DNA of 64,000 nt from NCBI GenBank assembly GCA_043819515.1, contig JBDRES010000040.1, positions 76,871 through 140,870 on the forward strand. Direction: 5' to 3'. Each line of letters opens with the position of its first letter. The first letter of the stretch is position 1. This DNA is from a bacterium (lineage in GTDB: Bacteria > Zixibacteria > MSB-5A5 > GN15 > FEB-12). The notes under the pieces are model-generated. The model saw only the letters and a list, made by a program, of their open reading frames with translations, made no database searches and was not told where the DNA came from. The translations under genes and the position numbers were made by a program. This document shows positions 1 through 10,326 of this stretch, one piece after another.

Positions 1-1228
1 TGGCATCAACAAAAGGTTCTTCAATGTACTCAGTCTCTTGCGGCTGGGGCATCGAAGCCGGGTTGTCGACCATGACAATCGTGCCGTCGGTTTTGTGGAC
101 ATGATACTCAACATTGGGCACGGTGTTGATGATGGTCTGGTCGTACTCGCGCGACAGGCGCTCGGTGACTATCTCCAAATGCAGAAGCCCGAGAAAACCG
201 ACGCGGAAACCAAAACCGAGGGCCATCGATGACTCCGGAGTGAAAGTCAGCGACGAATCGTTGAGTTTGAGTTTCTCCAAGGCCTCCCGCAACTGCGAGA
301 AATCCTCGGCAATGGCCGGGTAAAGGCCGGAGAAAACCATCGGCTTGACTTCCACAAAACCAGGTAGCGCCCCGGCGGCCGGATTGACGACGGTGGTGAT
401 CGTATCACCGATCCTGGTGTCGGCTACTTCCTTGATGGAGGCGAACAAGTAGCCGACGTCGCCGGCCGAGATCTCTTTTTGGCGCACCGGCTTGATGCAC
501 ATGAATCCGGTTTCGTCGACTTCGTAAGTGCGGTTGGTCGAAAAAAATTTCACTCTATCACCTGTGTGCAAGGTGCCGTTGACGATTTTGACAAACGGCA
601 TGGCGCCGCGATAGGTGTCGAAAATGGAATCAAAAACCATCGCCTGCAGCGGGGCGTCGGGATCGCCGACCGGCGGCGGGAAGACATGCACGATGGCCTC
701 GAGCACCTGGTCGATCCCGATTCCCTGCTTGGCCGAGACCTGCAGCACCTGCTTCGGGTCGCAGCCGATGAGATTGACAATTTCGGCCGTCACTCGTTCC
801 GGGTCGGCATTGGGAAGATCAATCTTATTGACCACCGGCAGGATATCCAGGTCATGTTCCATGGCCAGATAGAGATTCGACAACGTCTGCGCCTCGATCC
901 CCTGCGAGGCATCGACGACCAGGATGGCCCCTTCGCAGGCCGCCAGCGAGCGGCTGACTTCGTAGGTGAAGTCGACATGGCCGGGAGTGTCGATCAGGTT
1001 GAAGGCATATGTCTGGCCATCTTTGGCTTTGTAGTTGAGCTTGATGGCGTGAGCCTTGATAGTAATGCCGCGCTCGCGCTCCAGGTCCATCGTGTCCAGC
1101 ACCTGGTTCTTCATGTTCCGCTCGGCAATGGTGTCGGTTGCCTGCAAAAGCCTGTCGGCCAGGGTCGACTTGCCGTGGTCGATATGAGCGATAATCGAGA
1201 AGTTGCGGATGTGTGACAAATGACTCAC
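1..1228 (-). CDS. lepA: Elongation factor 4 (LepA), 3' end runs off the window
   Basis: Read by hand on the minus strand: GTG at 1228 gives [28 protein letters not shown]...ERERGITIK...[11 protein letters not shown]...NKID. AAGGA-like SD upstream. Absent from the ORF track because it is truncated. Confidence 0.96.
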   Translation of the reverse strand, partial: MSHLSHIRNFSIIAHIDHGKSTLADRLLQATDTIAERNMKNQVLDTMDLERERGITIKAHAIKLNYKAKDGQTYAFNLIDTPGHVDFTYEVSRSLAACEGAILVVDASQGIEAQTLSNLYLAMEHDLDILPVVNKIDLPNADPERVTAEIVNLIGCDPKQVLQVSAKQGIGIDQVLEAIVHVFPPPVGDPDAPLQAMVFDSIFDTYRGAMPFVKIVNGTLHTGDRVKFFSTNRTYEVDETGFMCIKPVRQKEISAGDVGYLFASIKEVADTRIGDTITTVVNPAAGALPGFVEVKPMVFSGLYPAIAEDFSQLREALEKLKLNDSSLTFTPESSMALGFGFRVGFLGLLHLEIVTERLSREYDQTIINTVPNVEYHVHKTDGTIVMVDNPASMPQPQETEYIEEPFVDA

Positions 1229-1304
1229 GTTTTGCTTTCCTTGGTTCATTACCGAGCCCGGCCAATGTAGTCTCCGGGATGACGATTGTCAAATGCGGCG
1301 GTGG

Positions 1305-2066
1305 TTACTTCTGCAGATACTGATTCAGCCGGGTTTTGAATTCGTTTTTGGGGATGTCGGAATCGAGGGTGCCGGTGTGGGCAATAGAGATCCCCGAAGT
1401 CTCCTCTGAGACGACAATCACAACCGCATCGGAAACGTCGCTGACTCCGATGGCTGCCTTATGGCGCATGCCGAACAGCTTGCGATAGCGCAGATTGGTG
1501 GTCAGCGGCAGCGAGGCGGCTGCGGCGACAATATAGTCGCCCGAGATAATGACGGCGCCGTCGTGCAGGGGGGTGTAGGGCGTGAACAGCGTCACCAGCA
1601 ACTCCGACGACAGCTCGGCCTGCATCTGCTTCCCGGACTCGGCAAAATTGCGCAAACCGGTCGTGCGCTCGATAACCAGCAACCCGCCATACTTGAGCTC
1701 GGACAGACGCAGCACGGCGCGGGCGACTTCATCGATCGAACGTTGCTGCTGGACCGTAAAAAAGCGTCGCAAATATCGATGTTGCCCGATCTGGGCCAGG
1801 ACGCCGCGCAATTCCGGCTGGAAGAGGATCACCAAAACGATAAAACCAAACGGAGCCAGGATCGAAAAGAGCCAGGCCACTCCCTCCAGCTGAAACCAAA
1901 ACGACAAAAAGCCGAAGCCGGCAATTAAGGCCATGCCGACGATAATCTGAGCCGACCGCGTCCCCTTGGCCAGTTTCATAATCTGGTACAGGACGAAACT
2001 GACAATCAGGACATCGACAATGTCCTTAAAACCAAATCTTATGAAGTCGATCTGAAAAATTGTCAT
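1305..2066 (-). CDS. cdaA: Diadenylate cyclase, CdaA/DacA type (3 TM + DAC domain)
   Basis: Three N-terminal hydrophobic helices, FQPELR, PLHDGA and GMRHKAA (DGA and RHR-like motifs), VVSEETS. ATGA overlap with folP. Confidence 0.92.
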   Translation of the reverse strand: MTIFQIDFIRFGFKDIVDVLIVSFVLYQIMKLAKGTRSAQIIVGMALIAGFGFLSFWFQLEGVAWLFSILAPFGFIVLVILFQPELRGVLAQIGQHRYLRRFFTVQQQRSIDEVARAVLRLSELKYGGLLVIERTTGLRNFAESGKQMQAELSSELLVTLFTPYTPLHDGAVIISGDYIVAAAASLPLTTNLRYRKLFGMRHKAAIGVSDVSDAVVIVVSEETSGISIAHTGTLDSDIPKNEFKTRLNQYLQK

Positions 2067-2944
2067 CTGCTATTCATTATGGCTTGGGTGACGTGCATGG
2101 CCTCTACGGTCTGGGCGACATCGTGCGCCCGTATGATACTGGCGCCGGCGTTAGCCCCGGCAATGGCGGCGGCCAACGATCCGCCGATCCGTTCATCGGG
2201 CGGGCTGTCCGGGTTGTGCAGCTTTCCGATAAACGACTTGCGCGAAGCAGCGATCATCACCGGTACCCGGAGCTCCAGGAACTCATTAAAACGTCTTAGT
2301 ATCTGGAGGTTATCCTCCAGCCGTTTTCCAAAGCCGATCCCCGGATCAACGATAATCTTCGAGCGGTCGATACCCATGACCAGGCATCGTTCGATGCGCT
2401 TCTGCAGGTAGACCTTTATTTCTGCCACACAGTCCTCGTAGTGAGGATTGACCTGCATTTCTCGCGGCGAGCCCTGCATGTGCATCAATACCACCGGTGC
2501 CCCGGTGGCGGCCAGGACAGCGAACATGTGGGTGTCGAAGCTGCAGGCCGAGACATCGTTAACCATGTCGGCGCCGGCCGCAAGGGCCGCTTCGGCCACC
2601 CCCGATTTGTAAGTGTCGATCGAGATCGGAATATCCGAAAGATCGCGCAAGCGCCTGATGACCGGCAGGACCCGCTCTTTTTCTTTGTCCTCGTCGACCG
2701 GCTCAGCGCCGGGGCGGGTCGACTCGCCGCCGATATCGATAATATCGGCGCCGTCTTCCTCCAGCCGCAGTGCATGCTCCACCGCCTGCTCGGTAGTGGC
2801 AAAACGACCGCCGTCAGAAAACGAATCAGGGGTGACATTCAAAACACCCATCACCAGCGGGCGTGCCAGCGACAGGCAGTGGCCGGGCCGAAATTCCAGC
2901 CGGCGGCCATCCTCGCATGCTCTATCTAAAGCGTTCTTGGTCAT
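2063..2944 (-). CDS. folP: Dihydropteroate synthase
   Basis: MGVLNVTPDSFSDGG, DIGGESTRPGA, DPGIGFGK, SRKSFIG, RAHDV. Start moved to the ATG at 2944. Confidence 0.96.
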   Translation of the reverse strand: MTKNALDRACEDGRRLEFRPGHCLSLARPLVMGVLNVTPDSFSDGGRFATTEQAVEHALRLEEDGADIIDIGGESTRPGAEPVDEDKEKERVLPVIRRLRDLSDIPISIDTYKSGVAEAALAAGADMVNDVSACSFDTHMFAVLAATGAPVVLMHMQGSPREMQVNPHYEDCVAEIKVYLQKRIERCLVMGIDRSKIIVDPGIGFGKRLEDNLQILRRFNEFLELRVPVMIAASRKSFIGKLHNPDSPPDERIGGSLAAAIAGANAGASIIRAHDVAQTVEAMHVTQAIMNSR

Positions 2945-3056
2945 CAGACTTCCCTTGGTTATATTACGCCAATGAACGCCCAAAAATCAAGCGTCAAACT
3001 CGTTGAAGGGCTTGCAAGTACGAAAAATCTGTTATCCGGGATGCCGCGCTGCAAAG

Positions 3057-3524
3057 ATGAGAAGAAAAGACAGAGAACAAACTGATCCGGCCGCTATGGA
3101 AGCGATCATCCGCCGCTGTACCGTCTGCCGGTTGGGCATGGTCGACGGCGACCAGCCGTATGTGATCCCGATCTCGTTTGGCTACCGTGATCGGGTCGTA
3201 TACCTCCATTGCGCTCACGAAGGGCGCAAGATAGACGTTTTGAAACAGCATCCGAAGGTCTGTATAGAATGGGATATTGATACCGTCCTGGTCCCGGCGG
3301 CCGAGGCTCATCAGTACACCCAGAAGTTCCGGTCGGTGATTGCTTTCGGGACCGCTTCATTCGTGACCGAGCCCAATGCCAAACGCCGGGCCCTGGATGT
3401 CCTGATGGCGCAGTACGCCGAGGGTTCGTTTGCGTACCCGGACAATCAGGTCGACCGCACCTGCATCATCCGCATCGACATATCCAAAATGACCGGCAAG
3501 CAGTCGGGGTGGGGGCAGGAGTGA
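3057..3524 (+). CDS. Pyridoxamine 5'-phosphate oxidase-like / NimA-family flavin-binding protein
   Basis: MRRKDRE start, PYVIPISFGY, YLHCAHEGRK, PKVC, FRSVIAFG, MTGK. Confidence 0.85.
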   Translation: MRRKDREQTDPAAMEAIIRRCTVCRLGMVDGDQPYVIPISFGYRDRVVYLHCAHEGRKIDVLKQHPKVCIEWDIDTVLVPAAEAHQYTQKFRSVIAFGTASFVTEPNAKRRALDVLMAQYAEGSFAYPDNQVDRTCIIRIDISKMTGKQSGWGQE

Positions 3525-3540
3525 ATTTTGTCCTTTTGGG

Positions 3541-3565
3541 GGTGCCACGCGACTCGCGTGACACC
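3541..3565. repeat. GC-rich palindrome between convergent genes
   Basis: GGTGCCACGCGA-C-TCGCGTGACACC, a near-perfect inverted repeat without a clear U-tract. Confidence 0.5.
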
Positions 3566-3675
3566 ACATGCATCTGGGCCTCGCGGGTGTGTGAACGGCC
3601 TGTGTTTGACGGGGATTTCGGAGAATGACGGAGACGTCAGGAGCACAGGGCTCCTAATATACTGGACTGTCACCC

Positions 3676-4245
3676 TCATCCCCCGACGCGTCCCAGTAGC
3701 GTCAGGGCTTCGTAGCGGGTGGCGGTTTTACGCATGATGCCACGAATTGCCGAAGTCACGATCTTGCTGCCCGGCTTTTTGATCCCCCGCATCGTCAGAC
3801 ACAGATGCTCCGCTTCGACCACGACCAAGACACCCTTGCAGTCGATTGCTTTCACAATCGCATCGGCAATCTCGGTGGTCATCCGCTCCTGTACCTGCAG
3901 ACGTTTGGACAGAATCTCCACCACCCGGACCATATTGGAGAAACCGGCGACTTTGTCGTCCTGGGGGATATAGGCGATGTGTGCCTTGCCGAAAAACGGC
4001 AACAGATGGTGCTCGCACAACGAGTAAAACGAGATATCCTTGAGGATAATCAGCTCGTCTCGATTTGAGGTTGTATAGCGGCGGAGTTCGGCGGCCGGGT
4101 CTTCGTTGTAACCGGCCAGGACTTCTTCATAGTACTCGACCATCCGCTCCGGTGTCCGCTGAAGTCCTTCGCGGTCGGTGTCCTCGCCAATCCCCTGTAG
4201 GATCAGCCGGACACCTTCGGCAATTTTCTTGCGGTCGATATCCAC
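3676..4245 (-). CDS. folE: GTP cyclohydrolase I
   Basis: EGLQRTPER, SLCEHHLLPFFG, RLQVQERMT, AEHLCLTMRG. Confidence 0.97.
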   Translation of the reverse strand: MDIDRKKIAEGVRLILQGIGEDTDREGLQRTPERMVEYYEEVLAGYNEDPAAELRRYTTSNRDELIILKDISFYSLCEHHLLPFFGKAHIAYIPQDDKVAGFSNMVRVVEILSKRLQVQERMTTEIADAIVKAIDCKGVLVVVEAEHLCLTMRGIKKPGSKIVTSAIRGIMRKTATRYEALTLLGRVGG

Positions 4246-4247
4246 GC

Positions 4248-6215
4248 TTACTTCTCAGGGACAGGATGCGGTTCGACGACATTCTCGGTATCGCCTGAGG
4301 CGCGCCCGATGATTTCGTCGACCTCGGCGCTATCCAGGATCTCCCGCTCGAGCAGGGCCTTGGCGATAGCGTGAAGTTTGTCGATATTCTTATCCAGGAT
4401 AGATCGAGCCGCGCTCTCGGCCGCCTCGATAAAGACCTTGATTTCCCCATCGATAATCTCGGCCGTGGCTTCGGAGAAATTTTTGGGCTGGGACATCTCT
4501 TTGCCCAGGAAAATATGCTCCTCGGTCTTGCCAAAGGTGACCGGCCCGAGTTTCTCCGACATGCCCCAATTGCAGACCATTTTGCGAGCTAAGCTCGTGG
4601 CGCGATCGAGATCATTGCCGGCCCCGGTATCGAGCTGATTAAACACCAGCAGTTCGGCCACCCGGCCGCCCATGAGATAGGCCAGGGTCGATTCGAGGTA
4701 CTCCAGCGAATGAGTGTGGCGCTCGTCAACCGGCAGCGATTGCGTTACGCCCAGGGCCATGCCGCGAGGAATGATCGATACCTTGTGCAGCGGGTCGGCC
4801 TTTGGCATAAACTTGCCGACCAGCGCGTGCCCCGCTTCGTGGTAGGCGATGATTTCCTTCTCGTCGTCGGCAATCACCATCGAACGGCGCGCCGCGCCCA
4901 TCAGGACCTTGTCTTTGGCTTCCTCAAATTCATCCATGTGAACCGAATCAAGATCGCGACGCGCGGCCAGCAGCGCCGCCTCGTTGACCATGTTGGCGAT
5001 ATCAGCCCCGGTCATGCCGGGAGTGCCGCGGGCCAGAACCGATAGATCGACGTCATCGGCCAACGGAATCTTTTTGACATGGACGTTGAGAATCCCCTCG
5101 CGGCCCTTTACATCCGGAATGGCAACAACGATCTGACGGTCGAAGCGTCCGGGTCGCAGGAGAGCCGGGTCGAGAACGTCGGGGCGGTTGGTGGCCGCAA
5201 TCATAATGACGCCCTCGTTGGACTCAAAGCCGTCCATCTCAACCAGCAACTGATTGAGAGTCTGCTCACGTTCGTCGTGGCCGCCTCCTAGACCGGCCCC
5301 ACGATGTCGTCCGACGGCGTCGATTTCATCGATAAATATGATACAGGGAGCGTTTTTCTTGCCCTGGTCGAAAAGATCACGCACGCGCGAGGCGCCCACG
5401 CCCACAAACATCTCCACAAAATCCGAACCGGACATACTGAAAAACGGTACCTCCGCTTCGCCCGCAACAGCGCGAGCCAGGAGCGTCTTGCCGGTTCCGG
5501 GCTGGCCCAAAAGCAGCGCGCCTTTGGGAATCTTGCCGCCCAGCTTCTGGAATTTGCCGGGGTCTCGGAGGAATTCAATGATCTCGTTGAGTTCCTCCTT
5601 GGCCTCAACGGCGCCGGCTACATCTTCAAATGTCACCCGCGGGCGTTCGTCGGTCACCAGTTTGGCTTTACTCTTACCGAAAGAGAAAAGCCCTTTAGGA
5701 CCGCCACCGCCCCCTTGCATCTGACGAATGAAGAAAAGCCAGATGAAGATTAGAATGATCCAGGGCGCCCCGGCCAGGATATACGAAAAGAGATCCGGAT
5801 CTTTGGCTTTGGCCAGTATTTTGCATCCGCTTTGCTGGATTTTAGGCAGCAGCGCCGGATCGACAATCAGCGGCAAGCGCGAGGTGAATTTCGAGTAGGA
5901 CTCGGTTTTGTTGCTCGACGGGAATACCCGAGCTTCATGGAGCGTACCTTCAATGTCCCTGTCTATGAACGTGATGGTGGCGACGTTTTCGCGCTCGATC
6001 TCGTCATAAAATTCGGTGTACCAAATCTCCACCGCATCTTGCGTGAAGCTGTTGTAGTAGGCCCACGCGATATAGATTATCCCGATCAGCCCCATCCAAA
6101 ACAGCAACGTTCGTCCGGTGCCGCGCCAGGGAGGGGTCGCGCCGTCCTTTTGCTTGTCGTCCCGGTTACTTCCGGGTAGATTGAAACGTCTCTTTTCTCG
6201 CTTATCGTCAGTCAC
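4248..6215 (-). CDS. ftsH: ATP-dependent zinc metalloprotease FtsH
   Basis: Two TM segments, GQPGTGKT Walker [37 protein letters not shown] Zn motif. Confidence 0.98.
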   Translation of the reverse strand: MTDDKREKRRFNLPGSNRDDKQKDGATPPWRGTGRTLLFWMGLIGIIYIAWAYYNSFTQDAVEIWYTEFYDEIERENVATITFIDRDIEGTLHEARVFPSSNKTESYSKFTSRLPLIVDPALLPKIQQSGCKILAKAKDPDLFSYILAGAPWIILIFIWLFFIRQMQGGGGGPKGLFSFGKSKAKLVTDERPRVTFEDVAGAVEAKEELNEIIEFLRDPGKFQKLGGKIPKGALLLGQPGTGKTLLARAVAGEAEVPFFSMSGSDFVEMFVGVGASRVRDLFDQGKKNAPCIIFIDEIDAVGRHRGAGLGGGHDEREQTLNQLLVEMDGFESNEGVIMIAATNRPDVLDPALLRPGRFDRQIVVAIPDVKGREGILNVHVKKIPLADDVDLSVLARGTPGMTGADIANMVNEAALLAARRDLDSVHMDEFEEAKDKVLMGAARRSMVIADDEKEIIAYHEAGHALVGKFMPKADPLHKVSIIPRGMALGVTQSLPVDERHTHSLEYLESTLAYLMGGRVAELLVFNQLDTGAGNDLDRATSLARKMVCNWGMSEKLGPVTFGKTEEHIFLGKEMSQPKNFSEATAEIIDGEIKVFIEAAESAARSILDKNIDKLHAIAKALLEREILDSAEVDEIIGRASGDTENVVEPHPVPEK

Positions 6216-6315
6216 AGAATCTCCACATCTCCGATTTGCCGCTCATATGTTCTACCCGCGACCGGGCCGCTTCTTCAAACTAAATATAGGCAACGCCAGG
6301 ATCCGAGCCAATCAA

Positions 6316-6864
6316 TCAATCCACCATACGGCCTATGAACGGGAGATTGCGGTACTGCTGAGTGTTGTCCAGGCCAAAGCCGATTACGAATTCGTTGCCC
6401 AGGCTGAAACCAACGTATTTTGGCTCCAGCGGTGTCCGATGGCTATTCGGTTTGTCGATGAGTGTAACAACCGCCACCGACGCCGGTTCCTGCAGCAGCA
6501 CTTGCTGGGTAAGCCTGGATACGGTCCGACCGGAATCGACCACGCCTTCGACCAGCAGCACATGCCGTCCCTTCAACTGGATCGGAATAGCACTGCCAAA
6601 AATGATGTCATCCTTACGATCGACTCCCTTGCGGTACGATGCAGCCGAAAGGAATTCCAGTTCCATGGGGAGCTTGATCTGACGCATCAAGTCGGCCAAA
6701 AACACAACACAACCCTTCAGAACACCCACCAGTACCGGGATTTCACCGGCGTAGTCGCGGGTGATCTGTTCACCTAGTGACTTGATACGTTCGTCAATCA
6801 GCTTTCGATCCAGGAGAATCTCAAACGGCCGGAGTTTGAGGCCCTTTTCGCTTGGCGCACTCAA
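6316..6864 (-). CDS. hpt: Hypoxanthine phosphoribosyltransferase (PRPP motif variant)
   Basis: VGVLKG, ASY loop, VLLVEGVVDSGRT, FVIGFGLD...YRNLP. Lies in tilS-hpt-ftsH synteny. Confidence 0.88.
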   Translation of the reverse strand: MSAPSEKGLKLRPFEILLDRKLIDERIKSLGEQITRDYAGEIPVLVGVLKGCVVFLADLMRQIKLPMELEFLSAASYRKGVDRKDDIIFGSAIPIQLKGRHVLLVEGVVDSGRTVSRLTQQVLLQEPASVAVVTLIDKPNSHRTPLEPKYVGFSLGNEFVIGFGLDNTQQYRNLPFIGRMVD

Positions 6865-8215
6865 TTTTGATAACCTCTTTTGTACTTGGGTCTATCTTCA
6901 CGCGGTCGGCAATTTCATATCCGACCAGCCATACAATTCCTTCTTGGTCACAAACCACCGGTATCTCATCACGGTAAACCATCGGTACCTTCTTGTCAAT
7001 CAAGTACCGGGCCACTTTCTTGGCTCCGGTCATTCCCAACGGACGCCAGCGATCACCCGGACGATAGTTGCGCACTGTAAGCGGCGGCGAAACCCGGTCA
7101 CGATCGAGCCACACCCGATTGGGATCGGCGCCCAACTCTGCCCTGCCGGGCCTGGTCCGAGGGCAACTCCAGCGCAACTTCATAGTCGGCCGCTGAAGCG
7201 GCAGCCAGCGGCCGCGAGTCAGAGCTGCCTCATAGGCAGTCGGTGCGTCCGTATTAAAGACCAGCTTACCATCAATCCGCTCCACCTGGACTTTGCCAGG
7301 TATTGACAACGATCGCTTGGTTGTATCAATCCAGCCCGACAATCTCTCGACAGTTTGTCGGCTTGCCGCCTGCCCACCAGAAACCGTTGCTATGCAATAT
7401 CTTAGTAGGCGCGATCGCAACCACCTATCATAACTGGCAAAAGCACCCATATCAAGTTCAATTTTCCCGCCCGGGGTCACGCGGACCGCGTTGCCTTTGG
7501 CCCGTTCAAAGAACTGAGCAAGAGGCACTTCTTCTTCGGCCAGTATGTCGGCGGCATTCAGCAGTGCTTGGTCCACCTCGGGGTTGATACGGTTGCGCAG
7601 CAGGGGCAGTAGTCGGTTACGAATAAAATTGCGCCGGAAGCGGCAATCTCGATTGGAATTGTCCAGGCAGTAAGGCGCCTTCAAGGATTTTAAGTAGTCC
7701 AGAATCTCATCCTTGCTACACTCAAACAGCGGCCGGACAATCTTGTCCCGCCTGATAGGCATTCCCATAACCCCGGCGCGTCCCGATCCCCGAAACAGGT
7801 TCAACAGGATAGTCTCCACCCGATCATCGGCATGATGCCCCAGAGCCACGCGATCAAAACCCTCGGAGTCGGCCAGTGTTTCGTAAACACCATACCGGAA
7901 ACGCCGCCCCGCCTCTTCCAAGCCGGTCGTAGGCGTCTTAGTCAGTTGTTTTATGTCCTGCCGCACAATGTGCAGGACTACGCCAAGCCGGTCGCAAAGT
8001 TCCTGGCAGAATTGCTCCTCGCGCTGCGCTTGACGAACTCGCAGACAGTGGTTGATACACACTGCCTCAATACTCAAACGCCATTGCTTTGGCAATCGGT
8101 GCAAAACATGAAGCAGGGCTACCGAGTCCGGCCCGCCCGACAGCCCTACGAGGACCGAATTCCCACGCTCAAAAAGCTGGTGGCGCTCAATTGTCTTTTC
8201 GACCTTGGCCTGCAT
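6821..8215 (-). CDS. tilS: tRNA(Ile)-lysidine synthetase
   Basis: VGLSGGPDS PP-loop, GHHADDRVET, RPL, RNFIR, C-terminal RPGDR...KKV. Start moved to the ATG at 8215. Confidence 0.95.
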   Translation of the reverse strand: MQAKVEKTIERHQLFERGNSVLVGLSGGPDSVALLHVLHRLPKQWRLSIEAVCINHCLRVRQAQREEQFCQELCDRLGVVLHIVRQDIKQLTKTPTTGLEEAGRRFRYGVYETLADSEGFDRVALGHHADDRVETILLNLFRGSGRAGVMGMPIRRDKIVRPLFECSKDEILDYLKSLKAPYCLDNSNRDCRFRRNFIRNRLLPLLRNRINPEVDQALLNAADILAEEEVPLAQFFERAKGNAVRVTPGGKIELDMGAFASYDRWLRSRLLRYCIATVSGGQAASRQTVERLSGWIDTTKRSLSIPGKVQVERIDGKLVFNTDAPTAYEAALTRGRWLPLQRPTMKLRWSCPRTRPGRAELGADPNRVWLDRDRVSPPLTVRNYRPGDRWRPLGMTGAKKVARYLIDKKVPMVYRDEIPVVCDQEGIVWLVGYEIADRVKIDPSTKEVIKIECAKRKGPQTPAV

Positions 8216-8384
8216 TGTTATGGGCAAGATATGCGTAAGCGATCCCAACGCGAGCGAAATCGTGCCGGGGGCGCAACTGTTTTTTTGTGAAACCTTTCGG
8301 TCCAAGCAGAGTCTTGTATATTTGGATCAACGAATTGAAGCGGCGACTTGGTGTCCGTCGCATAATACAATGGAAGGGATCTGT

Positions 8385-10250
8385 ATGCTCAGAAGCGCGA
8401 TCGTGACTGCAATTTTACTGGCCGCGACAGCCGGTTCTAACTCGGCGGCGTTGTCCGACCCCTACCAGATTCTCGCCCGACACTTTGAGGCTATGGGCGG
8501 TCTGGAGAAGATGAAGGCCCAGAAGTCCTCGCACTCCATGGGTACCATCGTGATCGAAGGTACCGGTCTGGAGGGTACCTTTGAAGAGTGGAGCCGGCCG
8601 CCCATTCGCAGCCGTCAGAACGTCGACCTGAGCATCATCAAGCAGGCGACCGGCGACGATGGTGAGCGGGCCTGGTCGATCGACCACAACGGCAAACTGC
8701 AGTTCCACGAAGACGAGCGGTCGCTTGGCGAGCGACAAATTAAGTTGTTAATGGCCGAGTACAAACACCTCGATCCGAACTCAAGTGTCTTTGAATACAC
8801 TCTCGGCGAGCTGGATACTGCCCAGGGCGCCTGGTGCTATGTCGTGACCATGGCCAACAGCATCAACGAAGATATTGTCACCCAGTACTTTGATACCAGT
8901 ACCTTTCTGGTCCTGAAGGCGATTACCAAAACGCCCGACGGCGAGCAGCATATGACGCCCTCCGACTATCGCGAAGTTGACGGCCTGTTGAGCCCCTTCA
9001 TACAGACGACGGTGATGTATCCGACCGGTATGGTCCAGGTGGTCGAAATCACCGGTCTGCAACTGAACCTTGAGATCGACGAGTCGCTCTTCAGCCCGCC
9101 GGTGGCGGACGTTGAGGATTTTCATTTTCAGGCAGGCGGCAAAGCCGAAGACATCCCTTTTCGGTTTATCGAAAACCACATTTACTTGCCGCTATCGGTC
9201 GGTGGCCGGACACGGCTTTGGGTGCTTGACTCCGGCGCCGGTGCGACTTGTATCGAGCAGGCATTTGCCGAGGAATTGGGGCTCAAACTGGAAGGAAAGA
9301 TGAAAGGCCGCGGAGCAGGAAATCTCGTCGACGTGTCCTGGGCGTTGTTACCTCAATTCGAGATGCCCGGACTTGGTTTCGAGGCCCAGAAGGTCGTGAC
9401 TCTCGATCTTCAAGAGCTGTTTAGGAAGCTGTTGGGTTTGAATGTGGCCGGTATTCTCGGCTATGATTTCCTTTCGCGGCTGGTGATCAAAATCGACTAT
9501 GCCAACGAACTGCTGTCGTTCTATCACCCCGATTCTTTCACCTATACCGGCCATGGGGTCATTCTCGATGCCCCCATTTCCCAGGACAACATGTTCCATT
9601 TGCCTCTTACTGTCGACGGCGAGCACGGCGGACTGTGGAATCTGGACCTGGGGGCCGGTGGCATGGACTTCCACTATCCCTACGCCGCGGCGCACGGACT
9701 TCTGGACCGACCGGGAATCTCTCGCGTTGGTCACGGTGCCGGCGGGGCCTCAACGAGTCATGCCGTCAGATTCAAGACTATCGAGCTCGCCGGTTTTACA
9801 ATCGACAACCCGATTATCGCCATGCCCGTGGGCGAGGGTGACGGCGCCTTCCATAGCGGTGAGTTGACCGGCAATATCGGCAACACTTTCTTGCGCCACT
9901 TTGTGTTGTATTTGGATTACAAGCGCGGGCAGGTGATTGTAGAAAAGGGGGACGATTTCGCCACCAACTTCCCCCGCGACAACAGCGGCTTGCAGGTTCA
10001 GTATACCGACGACGAACAGGTGCAGGTGTACCACGTGGCCGAAGGCACCCCGGGTGACAAGGCCGGGTTTGTCCCGGATGATGTTATCCTGGACATCAAT
10101 GGTATCGACGTAGCCCAACTTGACGGTCTGATTGCCATCCGCGAGCTGCTCCGCTACGAGCCGGGAACCGAGCTCCGGTTCCGCGTCAAGCGTGAAGGTG
10201 AAATCCTAGAACTCAAGCTCAAGCTGAAAGATCTGTACGCGGACTTGTAG
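8385..10250 (+). CDS. Secreted protein with an N-terminal LolA-like beta domain, two retropepsin-like aspartyl protease domains and a C-terminal PDZ
   Basis: Signal peptide MLRSAIVTAILL, VLDSGA...GILGYDFL, NLDLGA...GNIGNTFL, PDZ signature TPGDKAGFVPDDVILDING. Confidence 0.8.
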   Translation: MLRSAIVTAILLAATAGSNSAALSDPYQILARHFEAMGGLEKMKAQKSSHSMGTIVIEGTGLEGTFEEWSRPPIRSRQNVDLSIIKQATGDDGERAWSIDHNGKLQFHEDERSLGERQIKLLMAEYKHLDPNSSVFEYTLGELDTAQGAWCYVVTMANSINEDIVTQYFDTSTFLVLKAITKTPDGEQHMTPSDYREVDGLLSPFIQTTVMYPTGMVQVVEITGLQLNLEIDESLFSPPVADVEDFHFQAGGKAEDIPFRFIENHIYLPLSVGGRTRLWVLDSGAGATCIEQAFAEELGLKLEGKMKGRGAGNLVDVSWALLPQFEMPGLGFEAQKVVTLDLQELFRKLLGLNVAGILGYDFLSRLVIKIDYANELLSFYHPDSFTYTGHGVILDAPISQDNMFHLPLTVDGEHGGLWNLDLGAGGMDFHYPYAAAHGLLDRPGISRVGHGAGGASTSHAVRFKTIELAGFTIDNPIIAMPVGEGDGAFHSGELTGNIGNTFLRHFVLYLDYKRGQVIVEKGDDFATNFPRDNSGLQVQYTDDEQVQVYHVAEGTPGDKAGFVPDDVILDINGIDVAQLDGLIAIRELLRYEPGTELRFRVKREGEILELKLKLKDLYADL

Positions 10251-10271
10251 AATTACAGTTACTGCCGCTAC

Positions 10272-10307
10272 AAAAAACCGGCCGGCTTTATGCCGACCGG
10301 TTTTCTT
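10272..10307. terminator. Bidirectional intrinsic terminator
   Basis: AAAAAACCGGCCGGC-TTTAT-GCCGACCGGTTTTCTT between convergent genes. Confidence 0.8.
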
Positions 10308-10326
10308 ACATATGTCACGGAGCCGT

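Noticed and set aside
479-1216. 245-aa plus-strand ORF, and similar long ORFs at 11891, 14653, 45399 and 58385
   Set aside because: Antisense shadows of well-supported genes (lepA, K+ channel, giant protein, ligase, GMPP), typical of GC-rich codon usage. They carry no motifs.
8205-8384. Overlapping divergent N-termini of tilS and the protease as given by the ORF track
   Set aside because: An artefact of longest-ORF calling. Starts at 8215 and 8385 remove the overlap and restore the signal peptide.
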